Positions 29,573 through 39,742 of a DNA stretch of 64,000 bases are shown here, one piece after another. The translations under genes and the position numbers were made by a program. The notes beneath the pieces are model-generated. The model saw only the letters and a list, made by a program, of their open reading frames with translations, was not told where the DNA came from and searched no databases. Where the stretch lies: positions 393,323 through 457,322 of the forward strand of contig DATIID010000001.1 in the NCBI GenBank assembly GCA_035480035.1, read 5' to 3'. The DNA comes from Candidatus Saccharimonadales bacterium (GTDB lineage: Bacteria; Patescibacteriota; Saccharimonadia; Saccharimonadales; OMJO01). Within the stretch, counting starts at the first letter, position 1, and each line of letters begins with the position of its first letter.

Positions 29573-30885
29573 TGACTAGCCCGCGCCGATTCTTCGCGTT
29601 CATGGTGCATCATATGTTTAGACGGGTGGTAAATCGCCCAGAACAATAAGCCGCCAGCTAAGATGGTGATACCGCCTATAAGTACTGGGGCACTAATGGC
29701 TATCGAAGCCGCGAGATAACCACTCATGGCAGCTGGTATAGCTTGAGCCAGGGCTTGGACAGAGAAGTTAATACCAAGTACCTCACCTTGAATTTCCGGG
29801 CCAACCGATAAGCTAACTAGCGCCGTACTATTAGCAATGGTTTGGCCGATAAAGACCGCAAATAGTGGTGTTACCATCAATAGTTGACTTGTGTTATGCG
29901 CCCACAGTAAAGCAAACAAACCAAGCCCGACGCCAAACAAACTGACACGTAAAACGTTATAAGGTTTAACTTTTTTAGCCACGTTTGGTGTAATTACTGC
30001 TTGAGTAAAGGCAATTAGTAGCCCAATGTAGGCGAAATAATCACCGACATTATTTTGAGTAAAGTGTAGTTTCTGAATTAATAGCACCTGGAAAAAGGTC
30101 TGGAAAAACATAAAGCCGCCCCAAAAAAGAAAGATAGTCGGGAAGATAACTCTTAGGCCAGGATAAGTAGCGGCGGTAGCGATATTTCGGAATGATTGAG
30201 TTACTTTGATTTTTACATTTTTCATATGTTGATGGGTTTCGGGTAGTAAAAGTAGGATCAGCAAAACATTGATGGTACTCAAAATAGCCGTAAACCAAAA
30301 CGGTGTAGCTGGATTGAACCAGTGCGGTGTATGGAATAATCCAAACACACTGATGTTTGGACTGCCCATTTTGGCACCGATATATGGGCCAAGCACAAAA
30401 CCCATACCAAAGGCCGCCCCAATTAGGGCAAAGTTTTTGGTCCGTTTCTCCGGTGGAGTGACATCCGCAATAACGGCTTGGGCAACACTTAAATTACCGC
30501 CAGTGATACCGTCAAGAGCTCGACTGAAAAATAACAGTGGTAAATTGCGAGTAATAATACCGATTGCAAATAAAACATAACCAATGGCTGTGCCGGCAAT
30601 GCTAAAACCCAATAGTTTTTTTCGGCCAAATCGGTCAGATAACTGCCCCAAGATTGGTGTGGAAAAAAACTGCATTAACGGATAAATTGCTAATAGCCAA
30701 CCCAGTAATATCAAGCCACCTTTAAAAGTCCAACCAGCTGGAAGCAGATAGTAGGGCGAGTGTGGATTAGCAAGCAATTGGGGGATTATCGGAATCAGGA
30801 TTCCGACGCCCAGTACATCCAAGAAAATAGTAAATATTACTGCCGGTAGAGCTCGACCTGCCATTTTTTCTTTGAATCTGTCCAT
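29569..30885 (-). CDS. MFS transporter (drug:H+ antiporter-like)
   Basis: About 12 TM segments. MFS motif A-like GQLSDRFGRKK. Confidence 0.8.
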   Translation of the reverse strand: MDRFKEKMAGRALPAVIFTIFLDVLGVGILIPIIPQLLANPHSPYYLLPAGWTFKGGLILLGWLLAIYPLMQFFSTPILGQLSDRFGRKKLLGFSIAGTAIGYVLFAIGIITRNLPLLFFSRALDGITGGNLSVAQAVIADVTPPEKRTKNFALIGAAFGMGFVLGPYIGAKMGSPNISVFGLFHTPHWFNPATPFWFTAILSTINVLLILLLLPETHQHMKNVKIKVTQSFRNIATAATYPGLRVIFPTIFLFWGGFMFFQTFFQVLLIQKLHFTQNNVGDYFAYIGLLIAFTQAVITPNVAKKVKPYNVLRVSLFGVGLGLFALLWAHNTSQLLMVTPLFAVFIGQTIANSTALVSLSVGPEIQGEVLGINFSVQALAQAIPAAMSGYLAASIAISAPVLIGGITILAGGLLFWAIYHPSKHMMHHEREESARASH

Positions 30886-30918
30886 TTTATCGCCTTTCTC
30901 TATTAATTTTTCATAAAG

Positions 30919-31395
30919 TTAATGTTTATCACCAAAGCTATCGCCACTACAGGCATAGTCGTGCATGATCTTTAATATTTCTTGCAGCTCATTTTGCTGC
31001 TTATCGCTTAATCGGGCAAACATCGGCGCATGGTAATTATTCAAAATTTCCAAGGCTTTGTCTGTTAGTTTTTCGCCCTTCTGGGTAGTACGAGTCAAAT
31101 GCTGTCGTCGGTTTTCGGGACTAGGTACACGTTCGAGTAACCCTTGTTTTTTCAATAAGTTAATCTGTCGGCTAATGCTAGCTTCGGTTTGGCCAAGCCG
31201 TTCAGCGATTTGTTTTTGCTGCACCTGGGGATGCCACTGTAAAACCATTAAAATTTTGAACTGCGAAAAGCCAATACCTAATTGTTCTTGCAGGGCTTGA
31301 TCAGAATGCCGTTGTAAAACGAACGACAAATGTTGCAATCTATAACCAATGTTGTTTGATGGACCCATAGTATTCAATCTAATACCAGTGTACAA
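30919..31395 (-). CDS. MarR-family transcriptional regulator
   Basis: Winged-HTH block QKQIAERLGQTEASISRQINLLKKQGLLERVPSPENRRQ. It lies upstream of the MFS gene on the same strand. The true start is possibly Met10 at 31368. Confidence 0.8.
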   Translation of the reverse strand: MYTGIRLNTMGPSNNIGYRLQHLSFVLQRHSDQALQEQLGIGFSQFKILMVLQWHPQVQQKQIAERLGQTEASISRQINLLKKQGLLERVPSPENRRQHLTRTTQKGEKLTDKALEILNNYHAPMFARLSDKQQNELQEILKIMHDYACSGDSFGDKH

Positions 31396-31446
31396 GGAAA
31401 ATACTTAACAAGTCAAGTATTAAGGTAGGGAAGTCGGCTTATATTA

Positions 31447-32229
31447 TTAAGTCTTAACTAATTTAGAAATACGATGCCAATCATTTAAAGTTAAATTCTG
31501 TGGTCGAGCCCGTGGATCAACGTCAGCTTTGTCCAAAATGGTGGCTACTTCCCTTTTATCTTTATGAAGTCCGCCGCTCAGTGAATTTAGAAGTGTTTTC
31601 CGGCGATTGCTAAAACCAGCTTTGACCACCCGAAAGAAATGGGCGTCATCAATATCTGGAAAAATTGGTTGACTATGTTTAGTTAACTTCAAAATCTGTG
31701 AATCAACTTTGGGTGGCGGTGTAAACAGGTCTGAGGTGACTACCCTGTCAAGTTCTGGTTGATAATAATATTGTGTAGCGACCGATAACATTGACATGTC
31801 GCCTGGTTTAGCCGCCACCCGCTCAGCCACTTCTTTTTGGAGTAATAAAACCATCCGATGTGGCGGGTTGGGTGACTCTGACAATCGCCGAAGTAAATGG
31901 CTGGTTAAATAATAAGGTATGTTAGCCACTACTTTGTATCCTTCTGGTAGTTCAGTTAAGTCATAGCTCAAAATATCTTGATGGATGACTTTTAAATTGC
32001 CGGCCGACAGCCGTTCGGGTAATAACTGAGCCAATTCACGGTCGAATTCGACAGCCACGACTTCTTTGGCACTCAACACTAATAATTCCGTTAAAGTGCC
32101 TAGACCAGGGCCTATTTCCAGCACCACATCAGATGGTGTAATTTCGGCAGCACTATGAATAGCATCTAAACTGTCCTGATCAGTTAGCCAATGTTGGCCA
32201 AGTGATTTTTTACCAAAGGGTAATTGCAT
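31447..32229 (-). CDS. rsmA: 16S rRNA (adenine1518/1519-N6)-dimethyltransferase
   Basis: GQHWL start, SAM motif VLEIGPGLGTLT, and NIPYYLTS. Confidence 0.9.
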   Translation of the reverse strand: MQLPFGKKSLGQHWLTDQDSLDAIHSAAEITPSDVVLEIGPGLGTLTELLVLSAKEVVAVEFDRELAQLLPERLSAGNLKVIHQDILSYDLTELPEGYKVVANIPYYLTSHLLRRLSESPNPPHRMVLLLQKEVAERVAAKPGDMSMLSVATQYYYQPELDRVVTSDLFTPPPKVDSQILKLTKHSQPIFPDIDDAHFFRVVKAGFSNRRKTLLNSLSGGLHKDKREVATILDKADVDPRARPQNLTLNDWHRISKLVKT

Positions 32230-32235
32230 GTTTTG

Positions 32236-32244
32236 ATTTTAACA
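32236..32244 (-). promoter_or_regulatory. extended -10 box TGTTAAAAT, 6 nt upstream of the rsmA ATG
   Basis: Plus strand attttaaca at 32236..32244. No SD before the ATG at 32229. Confidence 0.5.
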
Positions 32245-32266
32245 GATGGCTGGGTGTTTTAGGCCT

Positions 32267-33559
32267 TTACCACGAGTGGTAATTAAGCCAGTGGTTGTAA
32301 GCCGCGCCCCAACTACCATAACGCCCCGTCGCATAACCACTACACCATTTCAACTGGGTTACAGGGTTGCTCATCCAATCACCGCCGGCTGAGGACATTT
32401 TGATAGCTGGAGTCGATTGGCACAGACCAAAGCCATAGCCACTACTTGGATCATGAATTGGTTGATATGACGCTGGGCAATAACCGATTTGGCCTTGCCA
32501 TTTAGTTGGACACCAACCAGATTCACGACTGATGATGTAATTGACATATGCATAGTCGCTGGACCGAATGCCCGCTGCCGCCATAATACTGCCAGTATCG
32601 GGTGGAATATAGATTGCCGTGCCACGGGCAATAATTTCAGTAACCGGATCAGTTACTATGACCGATTGGATAACATGGCGTCCGGTTTCTTGACCATTAC
32701 GCATATCAATCTGATAAGTCACTATCCTTTTACCGGACGAGCCAAGCTGACGAATAGCGGTCGAGCCAAAACTTAGGTTAGGATCACTAATTACTTGGGT
32801 CGGTGCACCAATAGCTTCTTCAACAGTTGTAAGCTGGGTGCCATTTCGCACCACAAATATTTGAATGCTTGGCGTAATTGGTGTGTTGCGAGCCGGCCGA
32901 AGTTCGTCGCCAGGTTCAATTTTAATACCCTTATCCTTAAGTAATAGAGCTACCGTTTTAGCATGAGTTCGAATGGTCACTGGCGTGCCATACAGATTAA
33001 CGTATACAGGTGTGGCGCGTTTTATGACAATCTTTTGGCCAACAATACCTTCTTTTAAGAGATTATCGATTGGCGCCACGTCGACATTATCTTCGGGGTA
33101 AACCTTCAGGCCAGCCTGTAAAGCGACACTACGTGGGGTGGTTGCCGCACTTAATGTCTGGATTCGTTTGTCTCCATCAAAAACCGTTACTGGTCGGGCA
33201 CGGTAGATATTAATTCTAAAGTCGTCCTCTAAAATTGGTGTATCTAGTGACGGTTCGACCACATCACCTTCATTAAGCGTAACTTTAACCCGTTTTAAGA
33301 AATCAGCGACTGTTGGTGCACGAGTTAAAATAGTTTGTTTTTGACCATTAATGTTGAACTTCACCACCTTGGCATCACTTGCGCCAATAGTCCGACCGCC
33401 AATGCCAATGAATAGTATCATGGCCATGAAAAACATCACCACAAAAGTGCTTACCGGTATAAAGAACGGGTGCTGGCTAAGTTTAAGCCACCTCGGGGTG
33501 TATCTACCGGTTTTCCGCTTAAACAGCACTTTTGGTTGGATTAATTTCGTAAATTTCAT
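32267..33559 (-). CDS. RpfB/YabE-like cell-wall protein: TM anchor, DUF348 repeats, G5 domain, C-terminal lysozyme-like domain
   Basis: G5 block GSSGKRIVTYQIDMRNGQETGRHVIQSVIVTDPVTEIIARGT. The C-terminus IISRESGWCP...YGFGLCQ is transglycosylase/Apf-like. Confidence 0.7.
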   Translation of the reverse strand: MKFTKLIQPKVLFKRKTGRYTPRWLKLSQHPFFIPVSTFVVMFFMAMILFIGIGGRTIGASDAKVVKFNINGQKQTILTRAPTVADFLKRVKVTLNEGDVVEPSLDTPILEDDFRINIYRARPVTVFDGDKRIQTLSAATTPRSVALQAGLKVYPEDNVDVAPIDNLLKEGIVGQKIVIKRATPVYVNLYGTPVTIRTHAKTVALLLKDKGIKIEPGDELRPARNTPITPSIQIFVVRNGTQLTTVEEAIGAPTQVISDPNLSFGSTAIRQLGSSGKRIVTYQIDMRNGQETGRHVIQSVIVTDPVTEIIARGTAIYIPPDTGSIMAAAGIRSSDYAYVNYIISRESGWCPTKWQGQIGYCPASYQPIHDPSSGYGFGLCQSTPAIKMSSAGGDWMSNPVTQLKWCSGYATGRYGSWGAAYNHWLNYHSW

Positions 33560-33617
33560 AAGACAAAACTAACTATTGCTTGTGCTAAAACAAGCTAATT
33601 ATTAGTGTAACAAACTC

Positions 33618-34079
33618 TCAGCGGTGCTGCCATGAATCTAGAAACATGACCGTGTCTTTGGCGGCCGTAGAGAGATTGACTTCATTAATTGGCACCCAAG
33701 CGGCATCGACGATTTCGAGCAAACGAACTTTTGGCTCAATCATTTCTTCAACCTGAGTAAAATAACAAATGTAGCGATAGCGTAGTCCTCGATTACCAGA
33801 AACACCTTCTTTTAGTAACGTCAGCTGATCTGGTTTTATCAAAATGCCAGTTTCTTCTCTGGCTTCACGAACAGCACCGGTTGTTGGTTCTTCACCACGG
33901 TGCAAGCCGCCGCCAGGCAGCGACCACTGGCCGGCTGAGTGCCAACTATGAACCAACAAAACTCGGTCCTGATGAATGACTAAAACCCGGGTGCGCTTAT
34001 TAAAACGAAGATACAACCAAAGCAGCGGCCAACTTGACCAAAACACTATTTGACCAGTCAGTTTCCAAAGTTTTTTCAT
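33618..34079 (-). CDS. NUDIX hydrolase
   Basis: Intact Nudix box GGGLHRGEEPTTGAVREAREETGI. Confidence 0.85.
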   Translation of the reverse strand: MKKLWKLTGQIVFWSSWPLLWLYLRFNKRTRVLVIHQDRVLLVHSWHSAGQWSLPGGGLHRGEEPTTGAVREAREETGILIKPDQLTLLKEGVSGNRGLRYRYICYFTQVEEMIEPKVRLLEIVDAAWVPINEVNLSTAAKDTVMFLDSWQHR

Positions 34080-36214
34080 AGTTTAATCAGTGGCGCAAAG
34101 GAAATGTTAATCTTCTTGCTGCCCTTCCCTTTAAAGTAAATCGTGGCGTTATCGCCTTCAATTTCAAGTACCGTACCAATTCCAAAAATTTCATGCTTAA
34201 CACTGTCGCCGTCATTTAATTCTGGTACGTAACGCGGTTCCTCGTCATTGACTGCTTGATTTACATCGTAATCATAGCTGATTTGGCTGGATTCATCGTA
34301 CTGCAATTTACCGTCAATATCACTCAAAAACCGACTTGGTGGGTTATGTTGAGTACCGCCATACAACTGCCTAGTAGTGGCGAATGACAAATATAACTCC
34401 TCTTTGGCGCGTGTCATACCCACGTAACACAGGCGGCGTTCCTCTTCCATTTCAGATTGATCATACAGTGCCCGGGAATGTGGAAAGATGGTTTCTTCCA
34501 GTCCGGTCATAAAAACTACTGGGAATTCCAAACCTTTGGCGGCATGTAAGGTCATGAGCGTTACGGCATTACTATTAAATTCAACTTTATCAACATCGCT
34601 AATTAAGGCCATCTCTTCCAAGAAACCATCCAGTCCCAAATCTTGATAATTCTGAGCAACACTGATCAATTCACGAACGTTTTCTTGGCGTGATTCGGCC
34701 TGTGGGGTTTTATCGTCGAGATAGTCAAAGTAGTTAATCCGACGCAGCAAACTGTCGATTAAGCCGGGTAAAAAAGTATCGGTCATAATTTCACGTAGCG
34801 ACCTAAGAATATCACCAAGTTCATTCAAACCATTACGAGCTTTAGTTGTCAGTGTCGGACAATCGGCCACACTATCTAGAGCTTCCTGGAGGGTCAGTTT
34901 ATTAGTAGCTTGCCAATTATAAAAATTTATTAGCGATTTGGTGCCAATCCCGCGTGTCGGTACATTGACGATACGCTCAAAACCGACTTGATCATTTGGT
35001 TGGTAAAGTAAGCGCAAATAGGCAATCACGTCTTTGACTTCTTTGCGATCATAAAATCTTACCCCGCCAACTATTCGGTAAGGCACGCCATAGCGAATCA
35101 TGGTCTCTTCAATTACGCGGCTCTGGGCATTGGTACGATAAAGTACCGCAAAATCTTCAAAATTACGAAACCGCATACTGGCGGCGTTTTGGATTCGTCG
35201 AACAATTGCTTCACTTTCGGCCCGCTCATTATTCATTTGAATAATCGCCACTGGCAGTCCCTGACCAGCTTTAGTCCAGAGTTTTTTATCAGAACGCTGG
35301 CTATTTTTTGTAATAACCGCGTGAGCGGCATCCAAGATTGCTTTAGTGCTACGGTAATTTTGTTCGAGTTTAATAATCGTTGTTTTCGGATAATCTTTTT
35401 CAAAATTTAAGATGTTTCGAAAGTCAGCGCCACGCCACGAGTAAATGCTTTGCCAGTCGTCACCAACCACCGCAATGTTTTGAGACGGACTGGTTAGTAA
35501 TTTCACAAGTTTATATTGGGCGGCGTTAGTGTCCTGGTATTCATCGATCATGATGTACTTGAACTGGGCTTGCCATTTGGAACGAACTTCAGCATTTTTT
35601 TCAAGCAGATGCACCGTTCGGCCAATTAAATCATCAAAATCAAGTGCCGTATTGTCCTTTAAAATCTTTTCATAAAGTGGGAAAACTTGGGCTGCGGCCT
35701 TGTGCAATGGTCCGCTACCGATACCAGAAAATTCTGACGGAGTAATAAGTTCATTCTTAGCACTGGAAATTAAGCCAGCCATACTTCGTGGTGGAAAACT
35801 TTTTTCATCCAAACGAAGTTGTTTGGTGGCCTGTTTGATGGCACTTAAACGATCTTGTTCGTCAAAAATTATAAAATTCCGAGCGAGCCCTGTATATTCA
35901 CCGTCTTGCCTCAGTATCCGCACACAAATTGAGTGAAACGTACCCATGAACGGCATGAAACTACGATTGCCAGCTTGTTCACCAAGAAGTTTAGCCACCC
36001 GTTGGCGCATTTCGTTAGCCGCTTTGTTGGTAAAAGTTACAGCCAGGATATTATATGGACTAGCTTTTTTGCCGGCAATTAAATAAGCAATCCGATGGGT
36101 CAGTGTTTTGGTTTTACCGCTGCCAGCGCCGGCTAATATCAATAGCGGACCCTCTGTGGTTTTTACTGCCCTAGCTTGCTCCGGATTCAATCCAGTTAAT
36201 AAATCTTCTAACAC
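34076..36214 (-). CDS. pcrA: ATP-dependent DNA helicase PcrA/UvrD
   Basis: LNPEQARAV, Walker A AGAGSGKT, DEYQDTN, and the rest of the SF1 motif series. 712 aa with a GTG start. Confidence 0.9.
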   Translation of the reverse strand: MLEDLLTGLNPEQARAVKTTEGPLLILAGAGSGKTKTLTHRIAYLIAGKKASPYNILAVTFTNKAANEMRQRVAKLLGEQAGNRSFMPFMGTFHSICVRILRQDGEYTGLARNFIIFDEQDRLSAIKQATKQLRLDEKSFPPRSMAGLISSAKNELITPSEFSGIGSGPLHKAAAQVFPLYEKILKDNTALDFDDLIGRTVHLLEKNAEVRSKWQAQFKYIMIDEYQDTNAAQYKLVKLLTSPSQNIAVVGDDWQSIYSWRGADFRNILNFEKDYPKTTIIKLEQNYRSTKAILDAAHAVITKNSQRSDKKLWTKAGQGLPVAIIQMNNERAESEAIVRRIQNAASMRFRNFEDFAVLYRTNAQSRVIEETMIRYGVPYRIVGGVRFYDRKEVKDVIAYLRLLYQPNDQVGFERIVNVPTRGIGTKSLINFYNWQATNKLTLQEALDSVADCPTLTTKARNGLNELGDILRSLREIMTDTFLPGLIDSLLRRINYFDYLDDKTPQAESRQENVRELISVAQNYQDLGLDGFLEEMALISDVDKVEFNSNAVTLMTLHAAKGLEFPVVFMTGLEETIFPHSRALYDQSEMEEERRLCYVGMTRAKEELYLSFATTRQLYGGTQHNPPSRFLSDIDGKLQYDESSQISYDYDVNQAVNDEEPRYVPELNDGDSVKHEIFGIGTVLEIEGDNATIYFKGKGSKKINISFAPLIKL

Positions 36215-36220
36215 TTATAC

Positions 36221-36229
36221 ATTTTAGCA
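36221..36229 (-). promoter_or_regulatory. extended -10 box TGCTAAAAT, 6 nt upstream of the pcrA GTG
   Basis: Plus strand attttagca at 36221..36229. Confidence 0.45.
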
Positions 36230-36237
36230 AAGCGTGA

Positions 36238-36996
36238 TTAAAGATCAGTGATGGATTTAAAGAATGTAATTACTTGTTGACGATCTGTGTCTGATATAAG
36301 TATGTTGTGGTTCGTATTATATTTCTTGACCTGCTTTTCTAATTCGTCGGGAGTCCAATTTTGAGGAGTTTTGTCTACGTACTCAAAACCAATTGTCGAG
36401 ATCTTTTTATTGCTTATCGCCTTCTTATCGCCGTTGATTATAAATCCACCGCATTGCCCCTTAGATATTGACTCAGTTATATAGTAGTTAGATGCTTTCT
36501 CCAAAAATCTCTCATTCTGATATATGCCAGTTGCAAGCTTAGTCGGTATTGAAAAACTAACAGGTGTGTATGCATAGCACTCGTGGCCAGCAAGAGGTTG
36601 TTGTGGTGTATCTGTGTATGCGTTGGGGCCGAGCTTCCACGAAGGGGAAATTACTACTACATCAACTTTGGATTGATGTGAGAAAGTAATAATTTGTCTT
36701 GAACCAATTTCTCTAGCTTTATTTATGGCATCAGCGTTGTCCTCAACTTTGACATCTCCCCACTCTTTGGGATAGTTAAATTTAAAAGCTAGATCTTTGT
36801 TTTCATAGGACATAAAACCAGCGGGTAAAGTATTGGTTGTTGAAGCAAAACTATTAGAGTTAGCCTTGTTAAGTGTATCGTCAGTTTTTTTAGTTGAGTC
36901 ATAAACTTTCCAGCCGACGCCACCAATCATAACTATAATTACAAGTATTAATAATCCCTCAACCCAACTGAAGCCATTTTGATTTAATTTTTTCAT
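36238..36996 (-). CDS. type IV pilin-like protein, paralog of 27312..28022
   Basis: MKKLNQNGFSWVEGLLILVIIVMIGG is a prepilin motif. It shares the block AFKFNYPKEW. Confidence 0.65.
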   Translation of the reverse strand: MKKLNQNGFSWVEGLLILVIIVMIGGVGWKVYDSTKKTDDTLNKANSNSFASTTNTLPAGFMSYENKDLAFKFNYPKEWGDVKVEDNADAINKAREIGSRQIITFSHQSKVDVVVISPSWKLGPNAYTDTPQQPLAGHECYAYTPVSFSIPTKLATGIYQNERFLEKASNYYITESISKGQCGGFIINGDKKAISNKKISTIGFEYVDKTPQNWTPDELEKQVKKYNTNHNILISDTDRQQVITFFKSITDL

Positions 36997-37005
36997 GATT
37001 TGTCC

Positions 37006-37614
37006 TTAATTATTTATCAGGTTAACAATTGGTTTAGCATTGGTCTTGATGGCACCGGAGTCAATTAATAGATCGCCAATAATAACAAAGACTATTAATG
37101 ACACAATTATTAAGAGTATGAGTGTTTGAGTATTTCGACTTTGCTTGCTTTGTCCGATTGGTATGACGTATTTGCCTTCAGCTACAAGTTTTTCAACCAT
37201 TTCCTGGTGGTTTTTATCTGCGATGGTCTGTTTGTTTTCTCGCTTTTTGTCATTGACTGAAGCATCAATTTCTAGGTTGGTTTCTGGAGGTTTAGAGTCA
37301 TCAATTTCAGATTTTTTATCGTCTTCTTTATCAGTTTCGCTATCTTGTTCTTGTTTATCTTCTTCTGATTGAGCTTCTTTGTTGTCGCTGGGTTCTTCTT
37401 CGACAGGTTCAAGATCTTTGGCTTGGTTACTTACTGTTTTCAGATCTTCTGAATCGTCGTCATCTGATACTTCCGGATCGGTCGAAGCATGCTCACCTTG
37501 CTTAAGCGTTGGGTCTTTAACAATCGAGCGATTAGTAACAATGATTGGCCGGCCAGTTGAAGACGGTGCCGATTTACCCGGTTTAGTGATATCAAAGGTT
37601 TTTTTCTTACTCAT
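37006..37614 (-). CDS. hypothetical tail-anchored protein with a long acidic low-complexity region
   Basis: 202 aa. A D/E/S/K-rich centre and a single C-terminal TM (LILLIIVSLIVFVIIG). Its start overlaps the tpiA stop by 8 nt. Confidence 0.55.
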   Translation of the reverse strand: MSKKKTFDITKPGKSAPSSTGRPIIVTNRSIVKDPTLKQGEHASTDPEVSDDDDSEDLKTVSNQAKDLEPVEEEPSDNKEAQSEEDKQEQDSETDKEDDKKSEIDDSKPPETNLEIDASVNDKKRENKQTIADKNHQEMVEKLVAEGKYVIPIGQSKQSRNTQTLILLIIVSLIVFVIIGDLLIDSGAIKTNAKPIVNLINN

Positions 37615-38401
37615 CGCTGGATTTAGACTTTTTGTGAATTATTTTATCGGCCTTGTTAACAATGCCCGAAAATTTGTGGGCATTTAAGCTGGCTCCGCCA
37701 ACTAATACTCCATCACAATCTTTGAGATTTAAATAACTAGTGACTGATTGGTCGTCCACACTGCCGCCATATAAAAGTCTTAGCGATTCAGATGCTTTAG
37801 TGCCATATAATTCGCTAACTTGTTTTCTAATGAAGATAAACTGCTTTTGCATATCATCAGGTTTGGCCAGTTCGCCGCCAAAAGTACTAATTGCCCAAAC
37901 CGGTTCGTAGGCGATTACCATATCACCAACTTCACGATCGGTTAAGTTGGACAAGCCAGTTATTATTTGGTCGTGCAGGACTTGCCGCGCCTCGCCATTA
38001 TGGCGTTCTTGATTAGTCTCACCGACGCATAGTAGTGGTGTAATTTCATTGCGAACACAAGCGGCGACTTTGTCACGAATCAAATCTAAACTCTCGTTAA
38101 AATATAGCCGTCGTTCGGAGTGACCAATAATTACGTAGTTGACCAGGTCTTGGAGCATCGTAAAACTAACTTCACCTGTGTAAGCACCTTCGTCTTTGAA
38201 ATAAGCATCTTGCGCGGCCAGGCCAAACTTACGACGGTCGATCTGTACGCTTAGAGGTTGTAGTGATAACATACTTGGTGCTAAAACTACTTCAATATCG
38301 CGATGAAGCTTAATTTTGGTCTGAAGCTCGTGCGCCAAATGACTGGCCTGCGACGAGTTCAGGTTCATTTTCCAGTTACCGACGACTAGCAGTTTTTTCA
38401 T
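37607..38401 (-). CDS. tpiA: triose-phosphate isomerase
   Basis: VVGNWKMN, IIGHSERR, AYEPVWAI and LYGGSV. Confidence 0.95.
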   Translation of the reverse strand: MKKLLVVGNWKMNLNSSQASHLAHELQTKIKLHRDIEVVLAPSMLSLQPLSVQIDRRKFGLAAQDAYFKDEGAYTGEVSFTMLQDLVNYVIIGHSERRLYFNESLDLIRDKVAACVRNEITPLLCVGETNQERHNGEARQVLHDQIITGLSNLTDREVGDMVIAYEPVWAISTFGGELAKPDDMQKQFIFIRKQVSELYGTKASESLRLLYGGSVDDQSVTSYLNLKDCDGVLVGGASLNAHKFSGIVNKADKIIHKKSKSSDE

Positions 38402-38432
38402 GACTAATTATGCTTTTGCTTAATTGTATCAT

Positions 38433-39725
38433 TTAACGGTGTTTATTTTCTAACGCTTCGACGCCTGGTAGTTTTTTGCCGCTCATTAATTCTAAACTGG
38501 CACCACCGCCAGTTGAGACATGATCAAAGCAATCAGTTAATTGACGTTCTTCGATATATCCGACAGTATCGCCACCGCCAAGCAAACTAAATGGCTTGTG
38601 ACCAAACTCGCCGAGTAGTCCCTCGACAATTATTTCGGTACCGTGGGCAAAGGGGCCAATCGGTCCTTGGAGGCCAGATGTTTCAGTTACACCGAGTGCG
38701 CCGTTCCAAATTACTGTACTAGCCAGTTGAATGCCGCCAGCAATAAAGGCACCAGAAAACGGACCTACATCGAGGATTAGTTCGTTATCCTTTACTTGGC
38801 CTGTTTGACGTGATGGTTGTTTGGGATAGTTTTCGATATCGGCAATTACGTGGGCATCCCAGTCTACTATTCGAGTCTTGGCGGTTTTATCGATCTTGGT
38901 AGCCACTACGCCGTCTTGGGGTAAGTAAAAAATAAATGGCTGTTTCTTGGCCTTGGCTCGGGCTTTGTTGATTATTTCTCTAGCGACCGAGACTTCATTT
39001 TTTTCAACTTTTGATTTGCCGACATCAATGCCCTCCGCAAACAAAAACGTGTTAGCCATGGCGCCGCCAACTGCGACAAAATCAGCAATATCAATAAAGC
39101 GTTTTAGGATTTCGATTTTGTCGGAAATCTTGGCGCCGCCAATTATGGTCATTAGCGGACGTTTTGGCTGCTCCATCATTTCAGTAATAGTTGTCACTTC
39201 CTTGGCTAATAGTAAACCGGCCACACTTGGAATGTGCCGAGTAATTGCATCAGTGCTAGCATGAGCTCGGTGAACCACACCAAAACCATCCTGCACAAAG
39301 ATATCCGCTAAGCCAGCCAATTGTTCGGCAAATTTGTTATCGTTAGCTTCTTCCTGAGGATGAAAACGTAGATTTTCAAGCAGTAAAATTTGGCCTGGTT
39401 TAAGTGATTTGGCTTTAACTTCAACATTAGGACCAATACAGTCATTAGTAAACTCGACATTTTTATCTAGCAGTTTGCTAAGTCTTTTGGCAATCGGCGC
39501 CAAACTATACTTTTTATCATATTTACCATCTGGTCGGCCAAGGTGAGAGCAAATAACAATCGAACATTTGTGATCTAGCAAATATTGAAGCGTCGGGATT
39601 GATTGCTTAATACGGTAGTCATTGGCAATGTGGTCAATCGAATCTAGTGGCACATTATAATCGGCACGCACCAAAATGCGTTTGCCATCAACATTGATAT
39701 CTTTGATGGTTTTTTTGTTAAACAT
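38433..39725 (-). CDS. pgk: phosphoglycerate kinase
   Basis: RADYNVP, SHLGRP and GGGDT..., 430 aa. Confidence 0.95.
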   Translation of the reverse strand: MFNKKTIKDINVDGKRILVRADYNVPLDSIDHIANDYRIKQSIPTLQYLLDHKCSIVICSHLGRPDGKYDKKYSLAPIAKRLSKLLDKNVEFTNDCIGPNVEVKAKSLKPGQILLLENLRFHPQEEANDNKFAEQLAGLADIFVQDGFGVVHRAHASTDAITRHIPSVAGLLLAKEVTTITEMMEQPKRPLMTIIGGAKISDKIEILKRFIDIADFVAVGGAMANTFLFAEGIDVGKSKVEKNEVSVAREIINKARAKAKKQPFIFYLPQDGVVATKIDKTAKTRIVDWDAHVIADIENYPKQPSRQTGQVKDNELILDVGPFSGAFIAGGIQLASTVIWNGALGVTETSGLQGPIGPFAHGTEIIVEGLLGEFGHKPFSLLGGGDTVGYIEERQLTDCFDHVSTGGGASLELMSGKKLPGVEALENKHR

Positions 39726-39742
39726 TGCCCACCGCCATGCGC

